In this document: in pieces, positions 19,313 through 28,959 of the stretch
Layout of the letters: every line of letters starts with the position of its first letter
Position numbering within the stretch: position 1 is the first letter of the stretch
Sequence record: OR896837.1
DNA from: Escherichia phage vB_Eco_mar004NP2
Direction: 5' to 3' (one strand)
DNA length: 64,000 bases
The notes under the pieces: model-generated
The model's input: only the letters and a program-made list of their open reading frames with translations
Database searches by the model: none
What the model was told of the DNA's origin: nothing
Translations under genes and position numbers: made by a program

Positions 19313-19814
19313 TTTAAGTATTTTTAAGAACTCTCGTAAAAACTCTTAAAAATACAGACGATACCGGGAGAGTCATAAGTCTCACTCATTAAGTATTTCA
19401 AGACAAAATACAGTAACGTCTATTATTTTCCAGTTTAAGTCAGGGTGACTTAGTGGTTATGTCCTGCGGTATATTGAGGACTCGGTTAGGCTTGGGGTCA
19501 TGACTTCCCACCTTTTGCTGCTACTCAACAGGAGTTATCGCGAATTACCTGTGCTATTGTGCACCATTAGTGACATCTCTCATGTCAGCATTTCCCACTT
19601 TGTGGATAGCTTGAAAAACTACTCCGATATGGAGAAAGAACTTCACTACCCTAGAATACCTTCTAAAGTTCTTCTTTAGCCTAGGCATAGTTAAATCGTA
19701 ATAAAACTATTCAGCAGACTGGTTGGTTAGTCTGGAACCAACTACCGCGTGGTTTAGGCAGTGCGCAACTAACCTCGGAAGCTTTTACGTTAAAAGCATC
19801 AGTTATCCAGTTCT

Positions 19815-19890
19815 TACCGACCGTAGGATTCGAACCTACATCTTCCACCAGTTACGGCTTGATAATACCAATTATACTAGGACGGCAGTG
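19815..19890 (-). ncRNA. tRNA-like element, possible tRNA pseudogene
   Basis: Perfect T-arm GTAGG-TTCGAAT-CCTAC and partial acceptor pairing; no anticodon stem could be folded; no CCA. Confidence 0.3.
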
Positions 19891-20161
19891 TTACTACATA
19901 AGTGATTTCCACACCCCACTATTTATAAATTAGAGAAGAGTTTAGGGGAGAGGTTTCAGACGCCTCATTTTACACGTTCTAGCCACTAACCGGGATTGCC
20001 GCCCCCTGTGTACTAGTTTTACAACTAACCCACCGACTCTATTCAACGAATCTTAGTGCTTGACGCATCTTACATTAAGACAAGTTCAGCGTAATCGGCT
20101 CGCTGTTCTCTAATTTATGAATATATTATACAGAATTTATAAGCATTTAGCAAATAAATTT

Positions 20162-20605
20162 TTAATTAAATTCGCCAGCAATCTGAGCAGCAGTACCACC
20201 ATCATAACGCCCAGGAAATTCTTCCTTAATCGCTTTCATTAGCATACCTTTTGTAATTCCAGGGTTTAGCTTAACTAATTCTGCAAAGTATTTACGAATC
20301 TCAGTATCAGATAACTGAGGAGGCAGATACTCCTGCAACCACTTATTTAGAATGTATTCATACTGAGCGGACTGCAAGCTATAACTATCAAGATCTTGAC
20401 CATGAAGTTTAGCTTTCATCTGGTTAATGCTTTTTAGTTGAGCTTTGAGATAAGACACAAATTGTTCAGAAGTGATGAAATCTTTATTAATACGCTGAAG
20501 ATCCCCGATTATGGTCTGATAGCTTTTAGCGACTTCTTTATCAGAACCATTAAACTTAGAATCCTGCAAAGCTCTACGCAAAACATCTAAAATATTCTCT
20601 TCCAT
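20162..20605 (-). CDS. GatB/YqeY-domain protein
   Basis: C-terminal GMLMKAIKEEFPGRYDGGTAAQI matches the YqeY/GatB C-terminal signature. Confidence 0.55.
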   Translation of the reverse strand: MEENILDVLRRALQDSKFNGSDKEVAKSYQTIIGDLQRINKDFITSEQFVSYLKAQLKSINQMKAKLHGQDLDSYSLQSAQYEYILNKWLQEYLPPQLSDTEIRKYFAELVKLNPGITKGMLMKAIKEEFPGRYDGGTAAQIAGEFN

Positions 20606-20843
20606 TATTTCATTCCTAACGCTTGGTTAAAAGATCGTTCTGTCATAACTGCTGAGACTTTGGCGAAATCAAACTTTTTAGGGTTCGTAGTGATCTCAGC
20701 AACGTTAGAAGTTTTAACAGTTTTCGTAGTACGAATACCGCGAGTGTTAACACCAATAATTACAACTGATTTCATATTTCGCTTCCTCTCATTAATTTAT
20801 GGAAGTATTATACTGAAATTTAAGTATTTAAGCAAGTAAATTT

Positions 20844-21311
20844 TTAAGTTTTAGTGACAACAGGTTTATAAAACGTATGTCCCTTAATCTTAGTTGTTTT
20901 CTTAAACTTCTTTGTCCAGTAAGGTTTATCTTTACCACTATGGAAGTATAGTGCTCCATGTGTAGGATCTTGTGGTAAATCAACGTAGTATATCACTCTA
21001 GCTAAATTCTTGGCGGTTTGCCAAGCCTCATCAGTTTTATCAACTTTTGGTCTCTTAGATACCCAAGAGAACTGGTTAGACTGATATACTACTTTACAGT
21101 AGGAATCTGGGAATTTACCGGAGTTTACACGGTTTTTAGTAACATGTGCAATCGCCGTCATTCCCTTTATGCCCTCACCACGACTTTCGAAATAGATATT
21201 TTTAGCAATGCAATCTATTTCTTTTGCATCGTGCGATGCCTGACTACTAAAGCTGAAGGTAAGGGCAGCTACTAAAAGCAAAGCTGCCTTCATTCTTTTT
21301 ACTCCTGCCAA
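20844..21311 (-). CDS. secreted cell-wall hydrolase (SleB-like)
   Basis: Signal peptide AALLLVAALTFSFSSQA; NIYFESRGE...VTKNR motif. Confidence 0.6.
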   Translation of the reverse strand: MAGVKRMKAALLLVAALTFSFSSQASHDAKEIDCIAKNIYFESRGEGIKGMTAIAHVTKNRVNSGKFPDSYCKVVYQSNQFSWVSKRPKVDKTDEAWQTAKNLARVIYYVDLPQDPTHGALYFHSGKDKPYWTKKFKKTTKIKGHTFYKPVVTKT

Positions 21312-21616
21312 TCATATTCAACACGATTGGGATTTTCTTTATACCCTAAGTCAAGCAAATCATTACGCATATTTTGCTTAGCTACTGGGTTCGAGGTTAC
21401 TAGTACCACTTTCTTTGGTCTCTGCCCAAATTCTAAGAGTAAACGAAGAATTTGATAACCTTCCATACCATCTACAGCCAAGTCATTATCCATATAAACG
21501 AAATGGCCTGTGGTATCAGTTTTATTCAGAAACTCTACAGCGGCTTCTGGGGTTCGAATGATAATGTCCATTCCATGAAGATTACGCACATCATCAATCA
21601 AAATATGAAAAGTCAT
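21299..21616 (-). CDS. hypothetical protein, possible receiver-like fold
   Basis: Weak resemblance only. Confidence 0.35.
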   Translation of the reverse strand: MTFHILIDDVRNLHGMDIIIRTPEAAVEFLNKTDTTGHFVYMDNDLAVDGMEGYQILRLLLEFGQRPKKVVLVTSNPVAKQNMRNDLLDLGYKENPNRVEYDWQE

Positions 21617-21802
21617 AATAGCCTCGTTTCATCAATTTAAAAATATATTATACATATAATTTAGTGGATTAGCAAATACATTTTTAAATTGTGAAACTAG
21701 TAAACCGATAAACAGCCTAGAGGCGCCACAGGCCATATCTTATGAGCCATGTACCTTTGATCTAGGGTTTGAATCATCAACGAATACTTTGCATCTTTTA
21801 GC

Positions 21803-21818
21803 TTTAGAAGTTTAGAAG
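21803..21818. repeat. tandem 8-mer TTTAGAAG x2 in a long non-coding spacer
   Basis: Direct reading of sequence. Confidence 0.8.
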
Positions 21819-22058
21819 TTTGAGTTCTTTAAACTTTTCAGCTTTCATACTTAAATGTTGATCTTTGAAGTTGTGTCGGTAATATCAACGACGCTTTGTT
21901 CTTACGTGTCAGCTTAAAAGGCTGGTGTAATAAACATAATCTCCAATAGATTATACTTTATAGTATGGTCAGCGGTCTTATTTAACCTCGTATTTCAACC
22001 GCTGCTGCGAGGTAAGATGCTTGGGCTTTCGTCTACCGATTTACTAGCTTTTAAATTA

Positions 22059-22697
22059 TTACTCTACTTCAATGAAGGTAGAGGCGTTAGACTCGGACAG
22101 AACAAAGTCAACATTTGTTGCAAAGTCCTGGTATTCCTCGTCATGCTGCTTAATCAGCTTCTCCAGTTCCAGCGGATCAATCAAGAATGGAGTATTCTTG
22201 AGTTCCAGCAGGTTGAGCTGCATTTTAACTTCATCTTCGGAAGTTTTCTTATCGCGGGTAGCCATGCTATCCTGCAAACGCTCATATTTAGCATCAAACT
22301 GTGCTTTCTGCGTATTAAATTTAACCGTAGCGGCATGGAACTGCTTACGCATGTTAGCCAGCAGTTGAGCTTTAAGCTCCATAGAACGCTTAGCTTCAAT
22401 TGCTTCCGCAACAGTCATCTTACGAGAGCCAATCTCAACTACTGTTTCCGCATTGCTCTTAATCAGAGCAGCTTTGATACGATCACGCTGAGACATCATA
22501 TCCAGCAGAGACTGGAAATCTGTCTTAATACGCTCAGATAAATCATCTACTTCGATTGCAGCGCCAACTACAACCTTATTTTTATCCTTACCTTCACCAA
22601 CAGCGATCAGAAGCTGTTGTTCAGTAGCTTTACGGATTTTAGCTTCCAGAGATTTGATAGTTGCTAGAGCGCGAGTTTTAGAGATACGAGTAGTCAT
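22059..22697 (-). CDS. hypothetical coiled-coil protein (212 aa)
   Basis: ORF. Confidence 0.5.
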   Translation of the reverse strand: MTTRISKTRALATIKSLEAKIRKATEQQLLIAVGEGKDKNKVVVGAAIEVDDLSERIKTDFQSLLDMMSQRDRIKAALIKSNAETVVEIGSRKMTVAEAIEAKRSMELKAQLLANMRKQFHAATVKFNTQKAQFDAKYERLQDSMATRDKKTSEDEVKMQLNLLELKNTPFLIDPLELEKLIKQHDEEYQDFATNVDFVLSESNASTFIEVE

Positions 22698-22750
22698 TAT
22701 TTGCTTCCTTATATGAAGTTTGAGATTTGAATTTGTTTAAATTTGGTCTA

Positions 22751-22933
22751 TTACAGACCAATTGCCAGCAGAGTGCGCAGAACAGTATCATTACTGTTAT
22801 CAATTTTAGGATTAGCACGATTTAGCAGATCAAAGATTTTCTGGATACCTGATTGACGTTCAGCCATACGACGGATACCCAGATTACGAGTAGCTTTCTT
22901 ACCATTTTTACGAACATTTTTAGATACTGGCAT
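22751..22933 (-). CDS. small basic protein (60 aa)
   Basis: Lys/Arg-rich N-terminus. Confidence 0.35.
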   Translation of the reverse strand: MPVSKNVRKNGKKATRNLGIRRMAERQSGIQKIFDLLNRANPKIDNSNDTVLRTLLAIGL

Positions 22934-23003
22934 ATTTGTTTTCCTTTTATTGTTTTCTCAAATTTATGAATATATTATACAGAATTTTGGAGCCGGAAGC
23001 AAA

Positions 23004-23705
23004 TCAAATTTTCATTTTTTCGATCATAGCTGCAACACAATAACTCTCAACTAGGGCATCGAATGCTGGGTCGTGCTTAACCGGATAGATCCCATAACGA
23101 ATGGTGTCCATCTTCTCCATTTTAGCTATTGCCCAGCTAATACCTTCGGTCTCTAGAGCCTTATAACTGTATCCAGCTTGCATCCAGAGATTACGAAGAG
23201 ATCGAACATTACCCAAATTCCAGAATTTCCATGGAACTACCTCTTCATTGGTTCCAGCATGGAACGTGTTTGCAGAGTAGATAGTCATATCAAACTCTGG
23301 GCCATTGCCATAATACAAAGCATTTTCGCCTAGAGCCAACTCCATAATATTTTGAGCCATAGAGAAGGCAGCATAGTTTGAGCCTAATTTATTAGTGCAA
23401 TGATGTTTACCATTTTGGAAGGCAATCAGTTTTGTATTACGTTCCTTCATAGCTTCCATAATGTGGATAGCAGATGGGCTATTTTTAGCTTGATCCATCC
23501 AGAATGCTAGAGTAGATGCTGTAACTTTGGCACCAGAATTAAGCTGATCCTGCACATCCAAAGTAACAAATACTAGATCAGGGTCTTTATCAACCCCATG
23601 CATAGCCACAAAAGCGAAAGAAGGCATTACGATATGAGTAGTACCACAATCTCCTGGAGTTCCTAGAGATTCAATATCTAGCATACCAAATGGTTTTACT
23701 TTCAT
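23004..23705 (-). CDS. DEDDh-type 3'-5' exonuclease
   Basis: N-terminal FGMLDIESLG (DxE) and C-terminal HDPAFD motifs. Confidence 0.55.
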   Translation of the reverse strand: MKVKPFGMLDIESLGTPGDCGTTHIVMPSFAFVAMHGVDKDPDLVFVTLDVQDQLNSGAKVTASTLAFWMDQAKNSPSAIHIMEAMKERNTKLIAFQNGKHHCTNKLGSNYAAFSMAQNIMELALGENALYYGNGPEFDMTIYSANTFHAGTNEEVVPWKFWNLGNVRSLRNLWMQAGYSYKALETEGISWAIAKMEKMDTIRYGIYPVKHDPAFDALVESYCVAAMIEKMKI

Positions 23706-23733
23706 AACTTATCCTTTACTGTGTAGAAAACTA

Positions 23734-23970
23734 TTAAAGAGCTGTCTCTTTAATAGACTCCCACTTCTTGGGGTCTTTAAAGCCAGGAAGCATATCCTCA
23801 CTGACATCCCAGTTCTCTTCCATAGAGAAGTCGGGCCATTCATTCCAGCTACCTTCCAGCTCTTCATAACAGGTGTCCATTACCTCATGACTAGAAAGTC
23901 GTGTATAATCTCTAGCGGACTTATGAGTGCTAGCACGGTTAAAATCATTCTTTGCTACAAAATTACGCAT
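23734..23970 (-). CDS. hypothetical acidic protein (78 aa)
   Basis: ORF. Confidence 0.4.
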   Translation of the reverse strand: MRNFVAKNDFNRASTHKSARDYTRLSSHEVMDTCYEELEGSWNEWPDFSMEENWDVSEDMLPGFKDPKKWESIKETAL

Positions 23971-24011
23971 AGTTTCTCCAAATAAGAGTGGCTTTCGCCC
24001 CCTGATTTAAA

Positions 24012-24227
24012 TCACTTGCCCAGCAGTTTAAGGATATTTTCCATAATAGTTTGGGCAGATTTTTCACTCTTGTTGGTTTCAGCCAACTTTAAAGCGAGTT
24101 CTTCCTGCTGTTTCTGAATATCCGCCGCAATTTTTTGATCAGCCTCAATACGAGCTTGAAGCTCATCAGTGATAGTGGTAAAGGAAGCAACGATTTCAGT
24201 AACGGAACGTGGTTTCTTAGAGAACAT
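24012..24227 (-). CDS. hypothetical protein (71 aa)
   Basis: ORF. Confidence 0.4.
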   Translation of the reverse strand: MFSKKPRSVTEIVASFTTITDELQARIEADQKIAADIQKQQEELALKLAETNKSEKSAQTIMENILKLLGK

Positions 24228-24291
24228 AAAAAATATCCTTGATTAGTTAGAGAATTAGTAGATTGTAGGGGCTTCTGCCCCTATTTATCTA

Positions 24292-24807
24292 TTACTTCGC
24301 TTTACGTTTACGAGCTGGTTTAGCAGATTTACGAGCAGAATCACCCGTGAACTTAATGCCTACACCGTAACATAGAGCACGAACATTATCTTTGCTATAC
24401 TCTACACCGAAGATATTTGGCTTAACAGAACCAAACTGTCCACGAGTATCACGAAATACATCTGCCGTTGGTTTGCGTTTCTGGTTAACTGCTTTCTCGT
24501 AATCTTTCATGGCCATGCCATTACGAGGGAACAATTCTGCTCCAGCATTGAAACTCAGTGCTACTGGAACAGATTTGTGACCATAACCCTGTACATAGGT
24601 CACAAGGCGGGCTACAGAACGAGTGGTATTCTTAGCCTTCGGCTTTTGACGAATCGAAGCCGGACGATTCAGTGCCTGTGCAGCTTGAGCATCAGTAGGG
24701 TGCTTGCGCAGGTGGCGTTCCAGACGAGCTTTGCGGTTAGCCTCAGTCTGAGGGAAAGTTTTAACTGCCGGGGCTGCTTGAGTTTTTGCGTTTTTCTGCT
24801 TAGCCAT
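24292..24807 (-). CDS. basic, probably nucleic-acid-binding protein (171 aa)
   Basis: Lys/Arg-rich termini. Confidence 0.45.
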   Translation of the reverse strand: MAKQKNAKTQAAPAVKTFPQTEANRKARLERHLRKHPTDAQAAQALNRPASIRQKPKAKNTTRSVARLVTYVQGYGHKSVPVALSFNAGAELFPRNGMAMKDYEKAVNQKRKPTADVFRDTRGQFGSVKPNIFGVEYSKDNVRALCYGVGIKFTGDSARKSAKPARKRKAK

Positions 24808-24890
24808 TATTTATTTTCCTTTTTGTTTATCAATTTATGAAGTATATTATACGAGAATTTGAAGCGTTTAGCAAATGAATTTTTTAAAAA

Positions 24891-25169
24891 TTATCTACCA
24901 ACCATCTTGGCTTGTTCTGCATCGGAAACATATTGATACGCTCCTTTATTATATGCTGGAGCAGTACACATTTTCTTACGCTCAATCTCTTCTTGAGCTT
25001 TTCTTTCGCGTTCAGCTAATTCTTCATCCAGATAAACTAAACGTTGTTCCGGAGGAGGTGGAAGACGTGTTTCTGGCTCACCAATATTAGCCTTTCTTAT
25101 TTGACGAGGTGATTGTGCACGTTTTCTCAACGGTTTAAATCCTAATGAATTTGAGTTATAAATTCTCAT
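24891..25169 (-). CDS. hypothetical protein (92 aa)
   Basis: ORF. Confidence 0.4.
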   Translation of the reverse strand: MRIYNSNSLGFKPLRKRAQSPRQIRKANIGEPETRLPPPPEQRLVYLDEELAERERKAQEEIERKKMCTAPAYNKGAYQYVSDAEQAKMVGR

Positions 25170-25246
25170 AAAGCCCTCCTCACTTTCAATACGAATATTA
25201 TACTAAATTAGAGGGCTTTAAGCAAGAAAATTTTTTAATTTATTTA

Positions 25247-25723
25247 TCACATCTCAGCCATTTCAGCTTCAGTAATAACTGTGTTACATAAGGCGTCTAC
25301 AGCTTCATTACCACTAATACCAGAATGTCCTTTAACCTTAATAAAGGTAGGGTTAGTATTATGAAAGTTGATATACTGCTGTGTTAATTTAAATGCTTCC
25401 TGCCAAAGTTCTAGATTAAGAGGAACTTCACCATCTGCTTTCTTCCAGCCTTTCCTTTGCCAAGAAAACATCCAACTTTCCATACCATTTTTGCAATAAG
25501 CAGAATCAGTATAGATAACAATTGGTCTATTATCTTTTTTAACTGACCAACGTAGAGCCTCTACAATAGCCGTGAGTTCCATCTCATTATTTGTAGTTTT
25601 AGGACTATATCCAGATTTAGAACCTAAACGATCATCGTTATCATCATAGACAATAAATCCCCAAGCACCTGGACCTGGGTTAGACTTACAAGCACCATCT
25701 GTGTAAATGTGGAAAACCGACAT
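25247..25723 (-). CDS. rnhA: ribonuclease H
   Basis: IYTDGAC...NEMELTA...YTDS...GHSG...NE.VD RNase HI signature. Confidence 0.8.
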   Translation of the reverse strand: MSVFHIYTDGACKSNPGPGAWGFIVYDDNDDRLGSKSGYSPKTTNNEMELTAIVEALRWSVKKDNRPIVIYTDSAYCKNGMESWMFSWQRKGWKKADGEVPLNLELWQEAFKLTQQYINFHNTNPTFIKVKGHSGISGNEAVDALCNTVITEAEMAEM

Positions 25724-25992
25724 TATTTGCTCCAGTCAATTTCAAGCCAAAAACCTTCACGCTGCTCATACTTAGCTTCTACGACGTAGCCTAGTTTAGT
25801 GAGTCGTTGCATAACGCTGTTTCTGGCGTTTTCTGAATATTCAGTTAATCCCTGAATATGGCAGTTAAATTCTTTTTCTTTGATTGCTTTATCAATCTCT
25901 ACGGCAATAAGTGACTCTAGATTAAGTACTTCCTGTTTAATAACAGCAATAGTATTTTGTTTTGCTTCTAAAGCAGATAAAAGAATAGACAT
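25723..25992 (-). CDS. hypothetical protein (89 aa)
   Basis: ORF, start/stop coupled. Confidence 0.4.
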   Translation of the reverse strand: MSILLSALEAKQNTIAVIKQEVLNLESLIAVEIDKAIKEKEFNCHIQGLTEYSENARNSVMQRLTKLGYVVEAKYEQREGFWLEIDWSK

Positions 25993-26288
25993 TAGTTTTC
26001 GCCTTCTATAATTACCCTAGTCGCTGGAGGAATTGGCGGCATAGGAGAAATACATGGTTGACCTCTCTGTGCATCATTTAGTACTCTTGGCGGTTCAGGT
26101 CTAATTGCCTTTAATTCCTTTTCTAGGAATTGTTCTAACGCCCGTTCTACAAAATGATCGAAAGGTAAGTGATAATACTGAGACAGAGCTAAGAACCTAC
26201 GTTCTTGACTTTGTGTTAAATAAACTTTCTTTTTAAATAGTCCCATAGTTGTCTCCGATTTATAAAATATATTATATCTAAATTTCAC
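25992..26288 (-). CDS. hypothetical protein (98 aa)
   Basis: ORF. Confidence 0.4.
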   Translation of the reverse strand: MKFRYNIFYKSETTMGLFKKKVYLTQSQERRFLALSQYYHLPFDHFVERALEQFLEKELKAIRPEPPRVLNDAQRGQPCISPMPPIPPATRVIIEGEN

Positions 26289-26338
26289 TCAGTAAGCAAA
26301 TGAAATTTAAATATAATAGCCCCGAAGGGCTATTTGAG

Positions 26339-27178
26339 TTAAGAAGACATCTTAGCTTTAAGAGCTGGGTGAGGATCGTACCCCTCTAAATGGAATGACC
26401 AAGCTGCAGTATTATTCTCCAGTAAATCGTAGAGATCTACAAATTCTGGCATTACTAGAGTTGGTAAAGAACGAGGTTTACGTTTTACCTGTTCTTCTAC
26501 CTGTTCCATATGGTCATTATAGATATGAGTATCACCGCCACTAAAGATAAGGTAGCGAGGTTTTAATCCAGTCAGTTTTGCCAGGATATGTGTTAATAAA
26601 GCATAACTAGCAATATTGAAAGGTAAACCGAGGAAACAATCCACAGAGCGTTGTGTCCATTTAAGATCTAGGTATCCATCGTTACTTACATAGCACTGGA
26701 AGCCGTAGTGACAAGGTGGTAATGCCATTTTATCAAGTTCAGCTACGTTCCACGCAGAAACTAGATGTCTGCGGCCATGAGGATTATTCTTGAGTCCTTC
26801 AATAAGTTCTAGAATCTGATCTCGCCCACCAAAGTTACGCCACTGTTTACCATATACCGGTCCTAGATTACCCTTATCATACCCCATACTTATAGCTTGA
26901 TCTTCATAATTTGGAGTCCAGATGGTCCACTGTCCTTCGTCACGACCAAATGTGAATACACGTAGATCATGGAGATTTGTGGAACCAGACAAGAACCATA
27001 AGAGTTCTCCTACTACGGATTTCCAAGCTAGACGTTTGGTAGTTACAGCCGGAAACCCCTCACGTAGGTCGAATTTAGCATAGGAATCAAAAATTGAAAC
27101 TGTGCCTGTTCCTGTACGGTCATTACGGGGTTCACCTAGTAAAATTACATCTGTCAAAATTTTTAAGTATTGTTGCAT
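26339..27178 (-). CDS. thyA: thymidylate synthase
   Basis: Active-site region LPPCH and overall ThyA-like sequence. Confidence 0.9.
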   Translation of the reverse strand: MQQYLKILTDVILLGEPRNDRTGTGTVSIFDSYAKFDLREGFPAVTTKRLAWKSVVGELLWFLSGSTNLHDLRVFTFGRDEGQWTIWTPNYEDQAISMGYDKGNLGPVYGKQWRNFGGRDQILELIEGLKNNPHGRRHLVSAWNVAELDKMALPPCHYGFQCYVSNDGYLDLKWTQRSVDCFLGLPFNIASYALLTHILAKLTGLKPRYLIFSGGDTHIYNDHMEQVEEQVKRKPRSLPTLVMPEFVDLYDLLENNTAAWSFHLEGYDPHPALKAKMSS

Positions 27179-27711
27179 TAATAAGTAACCAATTCCTGTA
27201 CAAATCGCAGGCTGTTATCACTGTTTGCGCCAACTGCATAGACTAATCGAGTGGATTCGTAGTTATAATCCAGTATCATACTATCTAGGTGTATATCCGC
27301 CTCTAGCTTCTGCTCGCTAAAGATTGTAGATACAAAAGCACTTTCTATATGTCCATGCTGATACATTTCTAGGAGAAGATTAGCTCCGCCTAGAACTACT
27401 GTTTGCTGATCTTTTAAGAACGTAGGTAATGTATCCCCAATCTTAGAAATTGGGGTATAGATACCATGTTTAATATCATCAGGCAGAGGACGATCCGCAC
27501 GAATAAAGAGGTCAGATTCTCCAATCATACGTTGCCGAATAACTTCTGGAAGTGCTAAATAAGTACCCGCACCAATGATGATGTTATCTGGGTTCAACAC
27601 GTCCAGTTGAGAGTAGAAAGCATCTAGTTCTTCTTTGAAGGAACCCCAAGGGAGTTTACCTCGGAGGCCGAACTCCCCATTCGGCCCAACTGCATATAAT
27701 GCCGTTATCAT
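27178..27711 (-). CDS. frd: dihydrofolate reductase
   Basis: DHFR-like N-terminus and GGA glycine motif; stop overlaps thyA start. Confidence 0.8.
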   Translation of the reverse strand: MITALYAVGPNGEFGLRGKLPWGSFKEELDAFYSQLDVLNPDNIIIGAGTYLALPEVIRQRMIGESDLFIRADRPLPDDIKHGIYTPISKIGDTLPTFLKDQQTVVLGGANLLLEMYQHGHIESAFVSTIFSEQKLEADIHLDSMILDYNYESTRLVYAVGANSDNSLRFVQELVTY

Positions 27712-28853
27712 AAGAAATCTCCAAATTCATTACCCAGATCTTTCAGAGTATCAGTAGAGGTCTCAGTTACCTGACCCACACGGTAGGCTGCACCAATCTG
27801 GATTTCTTGTGGAGCAGGCTGTAAAGAAGTGGTATCCAACCAGTTCATGATCCACGGAATAGGGTTTTTGGTGATTACTGGTAAATGACTAGGCCATTCT
27901 ACACCAATGTGCATAAACGCATTACGCCCCACAAAATATAGATACTCTTCTAGAAGTTCTGCGTTCAAACCAATCAGACTACGACCTTTGAAAATGAAAT
28001 GACCCCATTCAATTTCAGTTTTCAGAGTTTTCAGGAGCTGTGCTGGTGCTTTAGCCACTGCTTCATCTACCAGATCTTTGTCAAATTGTTGAAACATAAT
28101 CTGGATGATTGCTTTGGACATCTGAGTGTGCAGAGCTTCATCTTTAGCGATTAATTGCAGATTTTTAGCAATACCTTGCAGAATATCGTTCTCTGCTAAT
28201 GCAAAGGTACATGCAAAGGATGCGTAAAACTGCATTGCTTCCAGACCATAGATCGCAAAGTAAGCATCTAATAGCTTAGCCTGAGTTTCACGTTTAACTT
28301 CAGGGAACTCAGTTTCTGGATATGTATTGTCGCCACGATGATCGCGTACTGCGATGAAATACTGACCTAACTGGTACAGTTCATCGAATAGTTCAACAGA
28401 ATCAGCGATGCGTGCGAATGCTTCTTGGTTTTTGGTTACAGAATCAATAAATTCTGCTGGATCAGTCAGCACATTACGAATAATATTACTATATGCACGG
28501 CTATGCAGATCTTCGAAGTAGCTCCACTGCTTGAGCATACCTTCCAACTCTGGACGACTTACAAGCGGCATAATAGCTGCTTCAGGGGCACGACTGATAA
28601 AGGAATCTGTTTGAGTCTGCCATGCTAAGTTCAGGAGTGTAATTTCCTGAATTTCACGCGGGAGATTAGGCCACTGTTTCTTATCTGCTTCCAGACTAAT
28701 TTCAGTTTCAGTCCAAAATTGAGAGCGTTGCAGAAGTGCCAGACGTTCTAGTTCTGGATGTGCTACACGTACATAATCTGCGATACCGAGAGAATCTCCC
28801 AGGAAAAGGTCAGCGTTAGTATGATCCCAATTCAGGTTTAGTAAAGTAGTCAT
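27708..28853 (-). CDS. nrdB: ribonucleotide reductase small subunit
   Basis: R2 iron/radical site helices (EAMQFYASFA, LIAKDEALH); ATGA overlap with frd. Confidence 0.9.
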   Translation of the reverse strand: MTTLLNLNWDHTNADLFLGDSLGIADYVRVAHPELERLALLQRSQFWTETEISLEADKKQWPNLPREIQEITLLNLAWQTQTDSFISRAPEAAIMPLVSRPELEGMLKQWSYFEDLHSRAYSNIIRNVLTDPAEFIDSVTKNQEAFARIADSVELFDELYQLGQYFIAVRDHRGDNTYPETEFPEVKRETQAKLLDAYFAIYGLEAMQFYASFACTFALAENDILQGIAKNLQLIAKDEALHTQMSKAIIQIMFQQFDKDLVDEAVAKAPAQLLKTLKTEIEWGHFIFKGRSLIGLNAELLEEYLYFVGRNAFMHIGVEWPSHLPVITKNPIPWIMNWLDTTSLQPAPQEIQIGAAYRVGQVTETSTDTLKDLGNEFGDFL

Positions 28854-28920
28854 TGATTTTCCTCTTTCTCACTATTTCAGGAATATTATAGCAAATCTGG
28901 TAGCGATTAGCAAGTAAAAT

Positions 28921-28951
28921 TTCAAAGAAAAAGGAGACCCGAAGATCTCCT
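28921..28951 (-). terminator. hairpin/attenuator between nrdA and nrdB
   Basis: AGGAGA-loop-TCTCCT hairpin with T-rich flanks on both strands. Confidence 0.4.
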
Positions 28952-28959
28952 TGTTTTTA

